Source: Rhodothermales bacterium (GTDB taxonomy: Bacteria > Bacteroidota > Rhodothermia > Rhodothermales > Bin80). From it: a stretch of DNA of 64,000 nt. A program made the position numbers and the translations under genes. Positions 11,621 through 23,200 of the stretch are shown here, in pieces. The notes below the pieces were generated by a model. That model made no database searches, was not told where the DNA came from, and saw only the letters and a program-made list of their open reading frames with translations. The first letter of the stretch is position 1, and every line of letters starts with the position of its first letter. The stretch is taken from assembly GCA_965209015.1 (NCBI GenBank), contig OZ242367.1, positions 566,785 through 630,784 of the forward strand, in the 5' to 3' direction.

Positions 11621-11658
11621 GAAAGCATTCCAATACTCCTTGGTATTGGAGTGCTTTC
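11621..11658 (+). terminator. Conserved 16-bp stem-loop downstream of each T9SS LRR gene (also ~14113-14152 and 18612-18649)
   Basis: GAAAGCATTCCAATAC-TCCTTG-GTATTGGAGTGCTTTC with one G-U pair; no long U tract, so a terminator role is uncertain. Confidence 0.45.
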
Positions 11659-11785
11659 GTATTGAATAAGCGGAAGAGCTTTACGTGTGCTGTGGGAACA
11701 CCTATCTCTATTGAGTATTAAGAGTCTCTAGTCTAGTAAACCAATCTAAATCAGCGGGTAAATTTAATCTTAAAGCAGAGCCAAA

Positions 11786-14077
11786 ATGCGCATAGAAAGA
11801 CATCCAGAGCACTCCAAGTCTAAAACAGGAGGTTTTCTGGCAAGCACGAATTCATTGAAAAAATTGGGGGGGGGGGGTAGCATTTTGTCGTATCGCTTTT
11901 TCCTGATTCTCGTCTTGGTATTTCCAAGCTCGTTGTGGGCACAGGACACCACCCCTCCTACGGTTTCCTCTGCGACGGTGGATGGGACCGCCTTGGTGGT
12001 GAACCTTAATGAGGGCCTTGCTTCTGTTAGCGGCCTGACCAATTCTGTTTTCACGGTCAAGAAAACACCGGACGGAGGATCTGAAACGGAACAGATGCTC
12101 TCGGGCACCCCGACCGTCCGTGGGGAAACGGTGACCCTAACATTAGTCAATCCTGTGATCGCATCCGATAGGGGAACTGTAAAGCTAATCTACACGGCTC
12201 CAACGGAGTCGGGTGCCAAGCTTCGGGATGCGGCGGGGAGTGATGTGGTGGATTCTATGGATCCTAAAGTGCTCAATATCTGTTCCCGGAGTGAGGTCGT
12301 GAGAGACGCGATTTTGGCTCAGATAACCGAGACTGTGTCTTGTGGTGAGGTCACGAGTAATGATTTAAGAACTATTACTGTTTTAGATCTCAGTCAGAGG
12401 GGTATTACTGAACTGAAGTCTGATGATTTCAATGGACTCACCAACTTACTAGATCTTGACCTTAGGACCAACTCTCTCACGGATCTACATCAAGATCTGT
12501 TTGATGGACTCACTAACTTATCGAATCTTCAGCTTGATAACAACTCTCTCACGAGTCTACATCAAGATCTGTTTAAGGAACTCACTAAGTTAGTCTTTCT
12601 TGGCCTTGAGAACAACTCTCTCACAAGTCTACACGAAGAGTTGTTTGATGGACTCACCAGCTTAAATCAACTCTACCTTGATGACAACGCTCTCACGGAT
12701 CTACATCAAGATCTGTTTGAGGAACTCACTGAGTTAGGCGCTCTTGGCCTTAATAACAACTCTCTCACGGATCTACATCAAGATCTGTTTGATGGACTCA
12801 CTAGCTTATCGACTCTTAGGCTTGATAACAACGCTCTCACGAGTCTATACGAAAATCTGTTTGATGAACTCACCAGCTTACGTTTGCTCTTTATTGCTGA
12901 TAACGAGTTCACGGGGCTGCACGAAGAGTTGTTTCATGGACTCACCAGCTTGGAGAGTATAATTCTTTCTAGGAACTCTCTCACGGATCTACATCAAGAT
13001 CTGTTTGATGGACTCACCAGCTTAAATCAACTCTACCTTAATGACAACGCTCTCACGGATCTACACGAAGATCTGTTTGATGGACTTGAAAGCTTAAGTT
13101 TGCTCTCGCTTCATAACAACGCTCTCACGGATCTACCCGAAGATCTGTTTGATGGCCTCACCAAATTAGCGACTCTCAACCTTGATGGCAACGCTCTCAC
13201 GGATCTACCCGAAGATCTGTTTGATGGGCTCACCAGCTTACAATTTCTTATCCTTGCTGGTAACAATCTCACGAGTCTACATCCAGATCTGTTCGATGAT
13301 GTTGAGGCAAATCCATTTACTGTTAGCCTGGAAGAGAATGAACTCACCTGTGTCCCTGCGAAAATACTTAATCAGGAGAATGTCATTATCAATCCCGCCA
13401 GTCTTCGCGTTGCCTGTCCTGATCTTTCGGTTACGTTAAGTGTAAATCCCAGCACCATTGGAGAAGAAGATGAGGCCACCGAAGTCACCGTGACCGCTAC
13501 TCTGGAGGTCTTTCAAACGACTACCTTACCGGTGACGGTCTCTGTGGGATCGGGTACCGCGACCTCAGGAACGGACTTTACTGCGGTCTCCGATTTTACG
13601 ATCAGCATTCCGGCGGATACCCGGTCTAGCACCGGGACATTCACGCTGACACCTACTTCGGATACTGTGGATGAGCCAGATGAGACCGTGATGATCACAG
13701 GAACCAGCACGGTGGAGAATGTAACGGTCACCGGAACCAGTCTTACGATCATCGATGATGATACGTCAACGGCGGCACAGGCACCAACCGAGCTTCCGAC
13801 CGTGTTTACTCTCCATGGGAACTATCCGAACCCGTTCAATCCGTCAACAAGGATCCAGTTTGATCTTCCCGAGAGGGCGCAGGTGACGGTGCAGATCTTA
13901 GATGTATTGGGACGTAAAGTAATGGAGTACCCTGCCCAAGCGTTTGATGCGGGTGCGAACCAAACTATTGAATTGAATGCGATTCAGCTTGGATCGGGGA
14001 CCTACCTATATCAAATGATTGCGGTAGGATCGGAGACCAAATATCAGGAGACGGGTCGCATGATACTGATGAAGTAG
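11786..14077 (+). CDS. Secreted LRR protein 2: SwmB-like domain, 13 LRRs, Ig-like domain, T9SS CTD
   Basis: Same architecture as gene 1; start uncertain (ATG 11786, TTG 11864 or a downstream TTG). Confidence 0.88.
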   Translation: MRIERHPEHSKSKTGGFLASTNSLKKLGGGGSILSYRFFLILVLVFPSSLWAQDTTPPTVSSATVDGTALVVNLNEGLASVSGLTNSVFTVKKTPDGGSETEQMLSGTPTVRGETVTLTLVNPVIASDRGTVKLIYTAPTESGAKLRDAAGSDVVDSMDPKVLNICSRSEVVRDAILAQITETVSCGEVTSNDLRTITVLDLSQRGITELKSDDFNGLTNLLDLDLRTNSLTDLHQDLFDGLTNLSNLQLDNNSLTSLHQDLFKELTKLVFLGLENNSLTSLHEELFDGLTSLNQLYLDDNALTDLHQDLFEELTELGALGLNNNSLTDLHQDLFDGLTSLSTLRLDNNALTSLYENLFDELTSLRLLFIADNEFTGLHEELFHGLTSLESIILSRNSLTDLHQDLFDGLTSLNQLYLNDNALTDLHEDLFDGLESLSLLSLHNNALTDLPEDLFDGLTKLATLNLDGNALTDLPEDLFDGLTSLQFLILAGNNLTSLHPDLFDDVEANPFTVSLEENELTCVPAKILNQENVIINPASLRVACPDLSVTLSVNPSTIGEEDEATEVTVTATLEVFQTTTLPVTVSVGSGTATSGTDFTAVSDFTISIPADTRSSTGTFTLTPTSDTVDEPDETVMITGTSTVENVTVTGTSLTIIDDDTSTAAQAPTELPTVFTLHGNYPNPFNPSTRIQFDLPERAQVTVQILDVLGRKVMEYPAQAFDAGANQTIELNAIQLGSGTYLYQMIAVGSETKYQETGRMILMK

Positions 14078-15078
14078 GGTATCCAGAATGGCTCACCTGC
14101 TCAGAATTCAAAGAACGTATTCCAATACTCCTCTTGGTATGGGAGTGCTTTCGTATTGAATAAGCGGAAGAGCTTTACGTGTGCTGTGGGAACACCTATT
14201 TCTGCGGCAGGTGAGCGTCTCCTGTCTCAGCCACCATGCATGAGAAGGCCGACGTTTGACTCTACCTATTCAGCTTCGCAAAGGTTGAAGGTGTCTGGTA
14301 TCATCTACAGTACAGTCGTCCTACGTTAGGTTGAATGGAAAAAAGGAAGGAGATCATATGTTAATCCTGCAGCTTGCTATCCAAGTTACAGGCTCTGTCT
14401 CTGTCTTCCTGCGCAGCCTTGGGACTGCTTCACGGATCGTTATCTCTCTGCAACACGAATTTATATAAGGTTCATCCGTCAATTTGACTGTGAGATCAAC
14501 TAAACTTTGAATTCTGGGCATCTAGCTTCGCATCCTGAGTTTTCAGCTTCCTGATTTTTGCCCCGAAGCACCAAATTTGCGGTGTACGGTCCCCCTGGAC
14601 ACCCCCAATCCTAACCGGGCCCATCCAAATCCACCAATTGTAAACTGAGTTGAGGCAAAATAACATAGGGATACCTCCCAGAGCAGATTAGCCCCTCAGC
14701 CAAATGCAGGATGGAGCGTTCTCCAGATTTCCAGTCCATGGCGAATCCCACGATCGCCGATGCTATCCTGTACTGACTCGTGCATCCTTCCTATCGCATT
14801 GAACTCTCAGGCAAGTCCATGAGAAAACAACTCGTTTGAAAAACTAAGTTTCACACATATTCCTTCCATGAAACAAAAAACGAAATACATAATTTGATCG
14901 AAAATGCTCTAAAATAAATGCTTCTGTCCCAGTAACACCAATCTAAATTGGCTGGCAATTTCATATAAAATATGAGAGACAAAAATGTGCATAGAAATAC
15001 ATCCAGAGCACTCCAAGTCAAAAACAGGGGTGGCTCTGGCAAATACGAATTCATTGGAAAAATGGGGGGGGTAGCATT

Positions 15079-18000
15079 TTGTCGTATCGCTCTTTCCTGA
15101 TCCTTTTCTTGGTATTTCCAAGTTCGTTGTGGGCACAAGATACCACACCTCCTACGGTTTCCTCTGCGACGGTGGATGAGACCACCTTGGTGGTGAACTT
15201 TAATGAGGGCCTTGCTTCTGTCAGCGGCCTGACCAATTCTGCTTTCACGGTCAAGAAAACGTCCAGTGGAGGATCCGAAGAAGACCAAACGCTCATCGGC
15301 ACTCCGACTGTCCGTGGGGAAACGGTGCCCCCCACATTAAGCAGCGCTGTGATCGCACCTGATATGGAAACGGTAAAGGTAAGCTACACGGCTCCAACGG
15401 AGTCGGGTGCCAAGCTTCGGGATGCTGAGGGGAGTGATGTGGTGGATTCTATGGATCTGAAAGTGCTCAATATCTGTTCCCGGAGTGAGGTCGTGAGAGA
15501 CGCGATTTTGGCTCAGATAACCGAGACTGTGTCTTGTGGTGAGGTTACGAGTGATGATTTAAGAACTATTACTGTTTTAGATCTCAGTCAGAGGGGTATT
15601 ACTGAACTGAAGTCTGATGATTTCAATGGACTCACCGGCTTACAAACTCTTGACCTTGGGACCAACTCTCTCACGAGTCTACCTCAAGATCTGTTTGATG
15701 GACTCACCAACTTAAGAAACCTCAACCTTGATGGTAACTCTCTCACGGATCTACCTCAAGATCTGTTTGATGGACTCACTAGCTTATCGGCTCTTTGGCT
15801 TGATAACAACTCTCTCACGGATCTACATCAAGATCTGTTTGAGGAACTCGAAAATTTAAATATCTTATGGCTTAATAACAACGCTCTCACGGATCTACAC
15901 GAAGATCTGTTTGATGGACTCACCAACTTAAGAAACCTCAACCTTGATGGTAACGCTCTCACGGATCTACATCAAGATCTGTTTGATGGACTCACCAACT
16001 TAGGATCCATTGCCCTTCAGTTCAACGCTCTCACGGATCTACCTCGAGATCTGTTTGATGGACTCACCAGCCTACAGAACCTCTGGCTTAATAACAATTC
16101 TCTCACGGATCTATACGAAGATCTATTTGATGGACTCACCGGCTTAAGTTCGCTCTTTATTACTGATAACGAGTTCACGGGGCTGCACGAAGAGTTGTTT
16201 GATGGACTCACCAACTTAGAGCGGATAAATTTTTCTAGGAACGATCTCACGGATCTACACGAAGAGTTGTTTGATGGACTCACCAACTTAGAGGTTCTCA
16301 GACTTGATGACAACTCTCTCACGAGTCTACACGAAGATCTGTTTGATGGACTCACCAACTTAGAGCGGATAAGTCTTTCTAGGAACTCTCTCACGGATCT
16401 ACACGAAGAGTTGTTTGATGGACTCACCAACTTACGAGAGATTGACCTTGGGCGGAACTCTCTCACGAGTCTACATCAAGATCTGTTTAATGGACTCACC
16501 AGCTTAGAGCGGATAATTCTTTCTAGGAATTCTCTCACGGATCTACCCGAAGATCTGTTTGATGGATTCATCAGCTTAAGTTTGCTCTCGCTTCATAACA
16601 ACGCTCTCACGGATCTACCCGAAGATCTGTTTGATGGACTCATCAGCTTAAGTTTGCTCTCGCTTCAGAACAACGCTCTCATGGGTCTACATCCAAACCT
16701 GTTTGATGATGTTGAGGCAAATCCATTTAATGTTAGCGTGGAGGGTAATCCCCTTACCTGTGTCCCTTCCAGAATACTTAATCAGGAGAATGTTATTATC
16801 ATTCCATCCAGTCTTCTCGTTACCTGCCCTAATCCCTCGGTTACCTCTGCAACGGTGGATGGGATCACCGTGGAGGTGAATTTTAATGAGGACCTTGCTT
16901 CTGTCAGCGGCCTAACCAATTCTGCTTTCACGGTCAAGAAAACACCGGACGGAGGATCTGAAACGGAACAAATGCTCACCGGCACCCCGACCGTCAGTGG
17001 GAAAACGGTGACCCTCACATTAAGCAATCCGGTGATTGCATCTGATATGGGAACGGTAAAGGTAAGCTACATGGCTCCAACGGAGCCGGATGCCAAGCTT
17101 CGGGATGCAGAGGGGCATGCTGTGGTGAATTTTACAGATCTAAAAGTGCTCAATTTGAGGGGCGGAATCTGTCCTCGGACCGAGGTCGTGAGAGACGCGA
17201 TTTTGAATCAAATAACTGGGACTGAGTTTTGTTATGAGGTCACGAGTGATGATTTAGGCAATGTTAGGTCCTTAAATACTCTTAATAATAAGGGTATTAC
17301 TGAACTGAAGTCTGGTGATTTTAATGGACTCATCAATTTACTAATTCTTAACCTTGGTACCAACTCTTTCACAGGTCTACCCGAAGATCTGTTTGATGGA
17401 CTCACTAAGTTAACCTTACTTAACCTTGCTGGTAACAATCTCACGAGTCTACCCGAAGATCTGTTTGCTGGACTCACCAGCTTAAGTCGGCTCCTTATTT
17501 CTAATAACGAACTCACGGATCTACACGAAGACCTGTTTGATGGCCTCACCAGCTTAGCTCGGCTTACACTTCATGACAACGCTCTCACGGGTCTACCCGA
17601 AGATCTGTTTGATGGCCTCAACAACTTAGCGACTCTCAACCTTGATGGCAACGCTCTCACGGGTCTACCCGAAAATCTGTTTGATGCCTCAACAACTTAT
17701 GGGCTCACCGAAGATCTGTTTGATGGGCTCACCAGCTTACAATTTCTTATCCTTGCCGGTAACAATCTCACGAGTCTACATCCAGATCTGTTTGATGATG
17801 TTGAGGCAAATCCATTTACTGTTAGCCTGGAAGAGAATGAACTCACCTGTGTCCCGGCCAAAATACTTAATCAGGAGAATGTCATTATCAATCCCGCCAG
17901 TCTTCGCGTTGCCTGTCCTGATCTTTCGGTTACGTTAAGTGTAAATCCCAGCACCATTGGAGAAGAAGATGAGGCCACCGAAGTCACCGTGACCGCTACT

Positions 18001-18576
18001 CTGGAGGTCTCTCAAACGACTGCCTTACCGGTGACGGTCTCTGTGGGATCGGGTACCGCGACCTCAGGAACGGACTTTACGGCGGTCTCCGATTTTACGA
18101 TCAGCATTCCGGCGAATACCCTGTCTAGCACCGGGACATTCACGCTGACACCTACCTCGGATACTGTGGATGAGCCAGATGAGACCGTGATGATCACAGG
18201 AACCAGCACGGTGAAGAATGTAACGGTCACCGGAACCAGTCTTACGATCATCGATGATGATACGTCAACGGCGGCACAGGCACCGACCGAGCTTCCGACC
18301 GTGTTTACTCTCCATGGGAACTATCCGAACCCGTTCAATCCGTCAACAAGGATCCAGTTTGATCTTCCCGAGAGGGCGCAGGTGACGGTGCAGGTCTTAG
18401 ATGTGTTGGGACGTAAAGTAATGGAGTACCCTGCCCAAGCGTTTGATGCGGGTGCGAACCAAACTATTGAATTGAATGCGATTCAGCTTGGATCAGGGAC
18501 CTACCTATATCGAATGATTGCGGTGGGATCGGAGACCAAATATCAGGAGACGGGTCGCATGATACTGATGAAGTAG
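15079..18576 (+). CDS. Secreted LRR protein 3: two SwmB+LRR blocks (16 and ~7 LRRs), Ig-like domain, T9SS CTD
   Basis: Paralogue of genes 1/2; the homologous ATG at 15062 is out of frame because the tract is G8, so the ORF opens at TTG 15079. Confidence 0.85.
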   Translation: MSYRSFLILFLVFPSSLWAQDTTPPTVSSATVDETTLVVNFNEGLASVSGLTNSAFTVKKTSSGGSEEDQTLIGTPTVRGETVPPTLSSAVIAPDMETVKVSYTAPTESGAKLRDAEGSDVVDSMDLKVLNICSRSEVVRDAILAQITETVSCGEVTSDDLRTITVLDLSQRGITELKSDDFNGLTGLQTLDLGTNSLTSLPQDLFDGLTNLRNLNLDGNSLTDLPQDLFDGLTSLSALWLDNNSLTDLHQDLFEELENLNILWLNNNALTDLHEDLFDGLTNLRNLNLDGNALTDLHQDLFDGLTNLGSIALQFNALTDLPRDLFDGLTSLQNLWLNNNSLTDLYEDLFDGLTGLSSLFITDNEFTGLHEELFDGLTNLERINFSRNDLTDLHEELFDGLTNLEVLRLDDNSLTSLHEDLFDGLTNLERISLSRNSLTDLHEELFDGLTNLREIDLGRNSLTSLHQDLFNGLTSLERIILSRNSLTDLPEDLFDGFISLSLLSLHNNALTDLPEDLFDGLISLSLLSLQNNALMGLHPNLFDDVEANPFNVSVEGNPLTCVPSRILNQENVIIIPSSLLVTCPNPSVTSATVDGITVEVNFNEDLASVSGLTNSAFTVKKTPDGGSETEQMLTGTPTVSGKTVTLTLSNPVIASDMGTVKVSYMAPTEPDAKLRDAEGHAVVNFTDLKVLNLRGGICPRTEVVRDAILNQITGTEFCYEVTSDDLGNVRSLNTLNNKGITELKSGDFNGLINLLILNLGTNSFTGLPEDLFDGLTKLTLLNLAGNNLTSLPEDLFAGLTSLSRLLISNNELTDLHEDLFDGLTSLARLTLHDNALTGLPEDLFDGLNNLATLNLDGNALTGLPENLFDASTTYGLTEDLFDGLTSLQFLILAGNNLTSLHPDLFDDVEANPFTVSLEENELTCVPAKILNQENVIINPASLRVACPDLSVTLSVNPSTIGEEDEATEVTVTATLEVSQTTALPVTVSVGSGTATSGTDFTAVSDFTISIPANTLSSTGTFTLTPTSDTVDEPDETVMITGTSTVKNVTVTGTSLTIIDDDTSTAAQAPTELPTVFTLHGNYPNPFNPSTRIQFDLPERAQVTVQVLDVLGRKVMEYPAQAFDAGANQTIELNAIQLGSGTYLYRMIAVGSETKYQETGRMILMK

Positions 18577-18854
18577 GGTATCCAGAGTGGCTCACCTGCT
18601 CGGAATCCAAAGAAAGCATTCCAATACTCCTTGGTATGGGAGTGCTTTCGTATTGAATAAGCGGAAGAGCTTTACGTGTGCTGTGGGAGCACCTATTTCT
18701 ATTGAGTATTAAGAGTCTCTGGTCTACTAACACCAATCTAAATCAGCGGGCAAATTTAATCTTATAGCAGAGTCAAAATGCGCATAGAAAGACATCCAGA
18801 GCACTCCAAGTCTAAAACAGGAGGTTTTCTGGCAAGCACGAATTCATTGAAAAA

Positions 18855-20243
18855 ATGGGGGGGGGCATTTTGTCGTATCGCTCTTTCCTGATACTCGTCT
18901 TGGTATTTCCAAGTTCATTGTGGGCACAAGACACCACACCTCCTACTGCTTCCTCGGCAACGGTGGATGGGACCGCCTTGGTGGTGAACTTTAATGAGGA
19001 ACTCGCTTCTGTCAGCGGTCTGACCAATTCTGCCTTCACGGTTACGAAAACGTACAGCGGAGGATCCGAGGAAGCCCAAGTGCTCAGCGGCATTCCTACC
19101 GTTAGTGGGGAAACGGTAACACGCACATTAAGCAGTCCGGTGATCGCATCTGATATGGGAACGATAAAGCTAATCTACACGGCTCCAACGGAGCCGGGTG
19201 CCAAGCTTCGGGATGCAGAGGGGAGTGATGTGGTGGATTCTATGGATCCTAAAGTGCTCAATATCTGTTCCCGGAGTGAGGTCGTGAGAGACGCGATTTT
19301 GGCTCAGATAACCGAGACTGTGTCTTGTGGTGAGGTCACGAGTGATGATTTAAGTGAAATTACTATCTTAGATCTTGGAGGAAGAGATATTACTGAACTG
19401 AAGTCTGATGATTTCAGTGGACTCACCAACTTACAATATCTCTATCTTAATAATAACTCCCTCACGGATCTACCTCAAGATCTGTTTGATGGACTCACTC
19501 AGTTACTCTTTCTTGAACTTCATAACAACGCTCTCACGGATCTACATCAAGATCTGTTTGATGGACTAGAAAGCTTAATTTTGCTCTTCCTTCAGAACAA
19601 CGCTCTCACGAGTCTACATCAAGATCTGTTTGAGGAACTCACTAGCTTATCGAATCTTAACCTTCAGAACAACGCTCTCACGGATCTACCTCAAGATCTG
19701 TTTGATGGCCTCACCAACTTACGTTTGCTCTTTCTTAGTCAGAATGCTCTCACGGATCTACATCAAGATCTGTTTGATGGACCCACCAGCTTGGAGAGTA
19801 TAAATCTTGCTGGGAACTCTCTCACGGATCTACATCAAGATCTGTTTGATGGACTCACCAGCTTACAGAGCCTCTGGCTTAATAACAATTCTCTCACGGA
19901 TCTACACGAAGATCTATTTGATGGACTCACCAGCTTAAGTTTGCTCTCGCTTCAGAACAACGCTCTCATGGGTCTCCATCCAGACCTGTTTGATGATGTT
20001 CAGGCAAATCCATTTAATGTTAGCTTGGAGGGTAATCTTACCTGTGTCCCTGCCGAAATATTGAATCAAGAGGGTATCAGTATTTCACCTTCCACTCTTA
20101 TGGCTTGCCCTGCTCCTACGGTTACCTCTGCAACGGTGGATGGGACCACCTTAGTGGTGAACTTTGATGAGGGCCTTGCTTCTGTTAGCGGCCTGACCAA
20201 TTCTGCCTTCACGGTCAAGAAAACACCGGAGCGGAGGATCTGA
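18855..20243 (+). CDS. N-terminal fragment of LRR gene 4 (signal peptide, SwmB-like domain, 9 LRRs)
   Basis: MGGGILSYRSFLILVLVFPSSLWAQD signal; LRR block; ends at an indel in the second SwmB domain. Confidence 0.7.
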   Translation: MGGGILSYRSFLILVLVFPSSLWAQDTTPPTASSATVDGTALVVNFNEELASVSGLTNSAFTVTKTYSGGSEEAQVLSGIPTVSGETVTRTLSSPVIASDMGTIKLIYTAPTEPGAKLRDAEGSDVVDSMDPKVLNICSRSEVVRDAILAQITETVSCGEVTSDDLSEITILDLGGRDITELKSDDFSGLTNLQYLYLNNNSLTDLPQDLFDGLTQLLFLELHNNALTDLHQDLFDGLESLILLFLQNNALTSLHQDLFEELTSLSNLNLQNNALTDLPQDLFDGLTNLRLLFLSQNALTDLHQDLFDGPTSLESINLAGNSLTDLHQDLFDGLTSLQSLWLNNNSLTDLHEDLFDGLTSLSLLSLQNNALMGLHPDLFDDVQANPFNVSLEGNLTCVPAEILNQEGISISPSTLMACPAPTVTSATVDGTTLVVNFDEGLASVSGLTNSAFTVKKTPERRI

Positions 20244-23200
20244 AACGGAAGCCCAGAGTGCTCTCGCGGCACCCCGACTGTCAGTGGGGAAGATGGTGAC
20301 CCTCACATTAAGCAATCCTGTGATCGCATCTGATAGGGGAACGGTAAAGGTAAGCTACACGGCTCCAGCGGAGTCGGGTGCCAAGCTTCGGGATGCAGAG
20401 GGGAATAATGTGTTGGATTTTATGGATCTAAAAGTGCTCAATTTGAGGGGCGGAATCTGTTCTCGGACCGAGGCCGTGAGAGACGCGATTTTGGGTCAGA
20501 TAACTAGGACTGAGTTTTGTAATGAGGTCACGAGTGATGATTTAAGAAATATTGATGTTTTAGATCTCAAGCGGAGGGGTATTACTGAACTGAAGTCTGA
20601 TGATTTCAGTGGACTCACCAACTTAGGTAGAATCGTGCTTCTTGACAACGAGCTCACGAGTCTACATCCAGACCTGTTCGATGGACTCACTAGCTTAGTG
20701 ACTCTTCGGCTTGAGAACAACTCCCTCACGGATCTACCTCGAGATCTGTTTGACGGACTTACCAGCTTACGAACTCTTAGACTTGATGGCAACGCTCTTA
20801 CGGGTCTACATCAAGATCTGTTTGATGGACTCGAAAGCTTATCAGATCTTTGGCTTGATAACAACGCTCTCACGGATCTACATCAAGATCTGTTTGATGG
20901 ACTCACCAGCTTACGGTACCTCTTGCTTAATAAAAATTCTCTCACGGATCTACACGAAGATCTGTTTGACGGACTCACCAACTTAGAGAACCTGGTTCTC
21001 CAGAACAACGCTCTCACGAGTCTACACGAAAATCTGTTTGAGGAACTCAACAGCTTACGTTTGCTCTATATTTCTGATAACGAGCTCACGGGGCTGCACG
21101 AAAATCTGTTTGATGGACTCACCAACTTATCAGATCTTCGGCTTGATAACAACTCTCTCACGAGTCTGCACGAAGAGTTGTTTGATGGACTCACTAACTT
21201 AGAGACCCTCTATCTTAGGAACAACGCTCTCACGAGTCTACACGAAAATCTGTTTGAGGAACTCACCAGCTTACGTTGGCTCTTTATTTCTGATAACGAG
21301 CTCACGGGGCTGCACGAAGAGTTGTTTGATGGACTCACCAACTTATATCGGATAAGTCTTTCTAGGAACTCTCTCACGGATCTACATCGAAGATCTATTT
21401 GATGGACTCACCAACTTAGATCATTCTCTATCTTCAGGAACAACGCTCTCACGAGATCTACACGAAAATCTGTTTGATGAACTCATCAGCTTACGTTGGC
21501 TCTTTATTTCTGACAACGCTCTCACGGATCTACACGAAGATCTGTTTGATGGCCTCATGAACTTAGCGATCAACTCGAACTTAATAACAACGAGCTCACG
21601 AGTCTACATCCAGAGCTGTTTGATGATGTTGATGAGGCAAATCCATTTACTGTTAGCTTGGATGGTAATCCCCTTACCTGTGTCCCTGCCAAAATACTTG
21701 ATCAGGAGAATGTTATTATCATTCCCTCCAGTCTTCGCGTTACCTGCCCTAATCCCTCGGTTACGTTAAGTGTAAATCCCAGCACCATTGGAGAAGAGGA
21801 TGAGGCCACTGAAATAACGGTGACCGGTACATTAAATGTCTATCAGTCAACCGATACGCCGGTGACGGTCTCTGTGGGATCGGGTACCGCGACTGCAGGA
21901 ACGGACTTTACTGTGGTTTCCGATTTTACAATCAGCATTCCGGCGAATAGCCTGTCTGCCACCGGGACGTTCACGCTGACGCCCACTTCGGATACTGTGG
22001 ACGAGCCACATGAGGCCGTGATGATCACAGGAACCAGCACGGTGGAGAATGTAACGGTCACCGGAACCAGTCTCACGATCATGGACAATGATGATGCGCC
22101 GATCGTGACCCTGAATCTTTCAAGTTCCTCTATCGGCGAAAATGGAGGGAGTACCACCGTAACGGCAACCCTTAATCATCCCTCCAGCGAGGAGACGACG
22201 ATCACGATCTCGGTAGACCCAACCTTACCAGCCACCGAGTCGGATTATACGCTAAGTGGGACCACGCTCACGATTGCAGCGGGCGCAATCGAGAGTACGG
22301 AGATCGTGACAATCACGGCAGAGGTTAATGATGTGGTTGCCCCCGACAAGATCGTAACCGTGCGAGGATCGGCCTCAAATAATCAAGGGATCCGTGGTCC
22401 GACAGATGTGGAACTGACCATCACCGAAGCCACACCTACCCCTCCTACGGTTACCTCTGCAACGGTGGATGGGACCACCTTGGAGGTGAATTTTAATGAG
22501 GGCCTTGCTTCTGTCAGCGGCCTAACCAATTCTGCTTTCACGGTCAAGAAAATACCCAGCGGAGGATCCGAGGAAGCCCAAGTGCTCAGCGGCACGCCAA
22601 CCGTCAGTGGAAAGAAGGTGACCCTCACATTAAGCAATCCTGTGATCGAATCTGATATGGGAACGGTAAAGGTAAGCTACACGGCTCCAGCGGAGTCGGA
22701 TGCCAAGCTTCGGGATGCAGAGGGGCATGCCGTGGTGAATTTTACAGATCTAAAAGTGCTCAATTTGAGGGGCGGAATCTGTTCTCGGACCGACGCCGTG
22801 AGAGAGGCGATTTTGGCTCAGATAACCAGGACTAATCTTTGTAATGAGGTCACGGGTGATGATTTAAGTGAAATTACTACCTTAGATCTTGGAGGAGAAG
22901 ATATTACTGAACTGAAGTCTGGTGATTTTGATGGACTCACCAGCTTAGATTGGCTTATACTTGATAACAACGCTCTCACGGATCTACCTCGAGATCTGTT
23001 TGATGGACTCATCAGCTTAAGGCGGCTTGAACTTCAGAACAACTCTCTCACTAGTCTACATCAAGATCTGTTTGAGGGACCCATTAATTTAGGCTCTCTT
23101 GCTCTTAGTGGCAACTCTCTCACGGATCTACATCAAAATCTGTTTGAGGGACTCAGTAATTTAAGCACTCTTGGCCTTGCGCAAAACTCTCTCACGAGTC

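Noticed and set aside
17680-17715. Odd in-frame segment LFDASTTYGLTEDLF in gene 3
   Set aside because: It looks like a collapsed partial LRR module; a recombination scar cannot be distinguished from a consensus artefact
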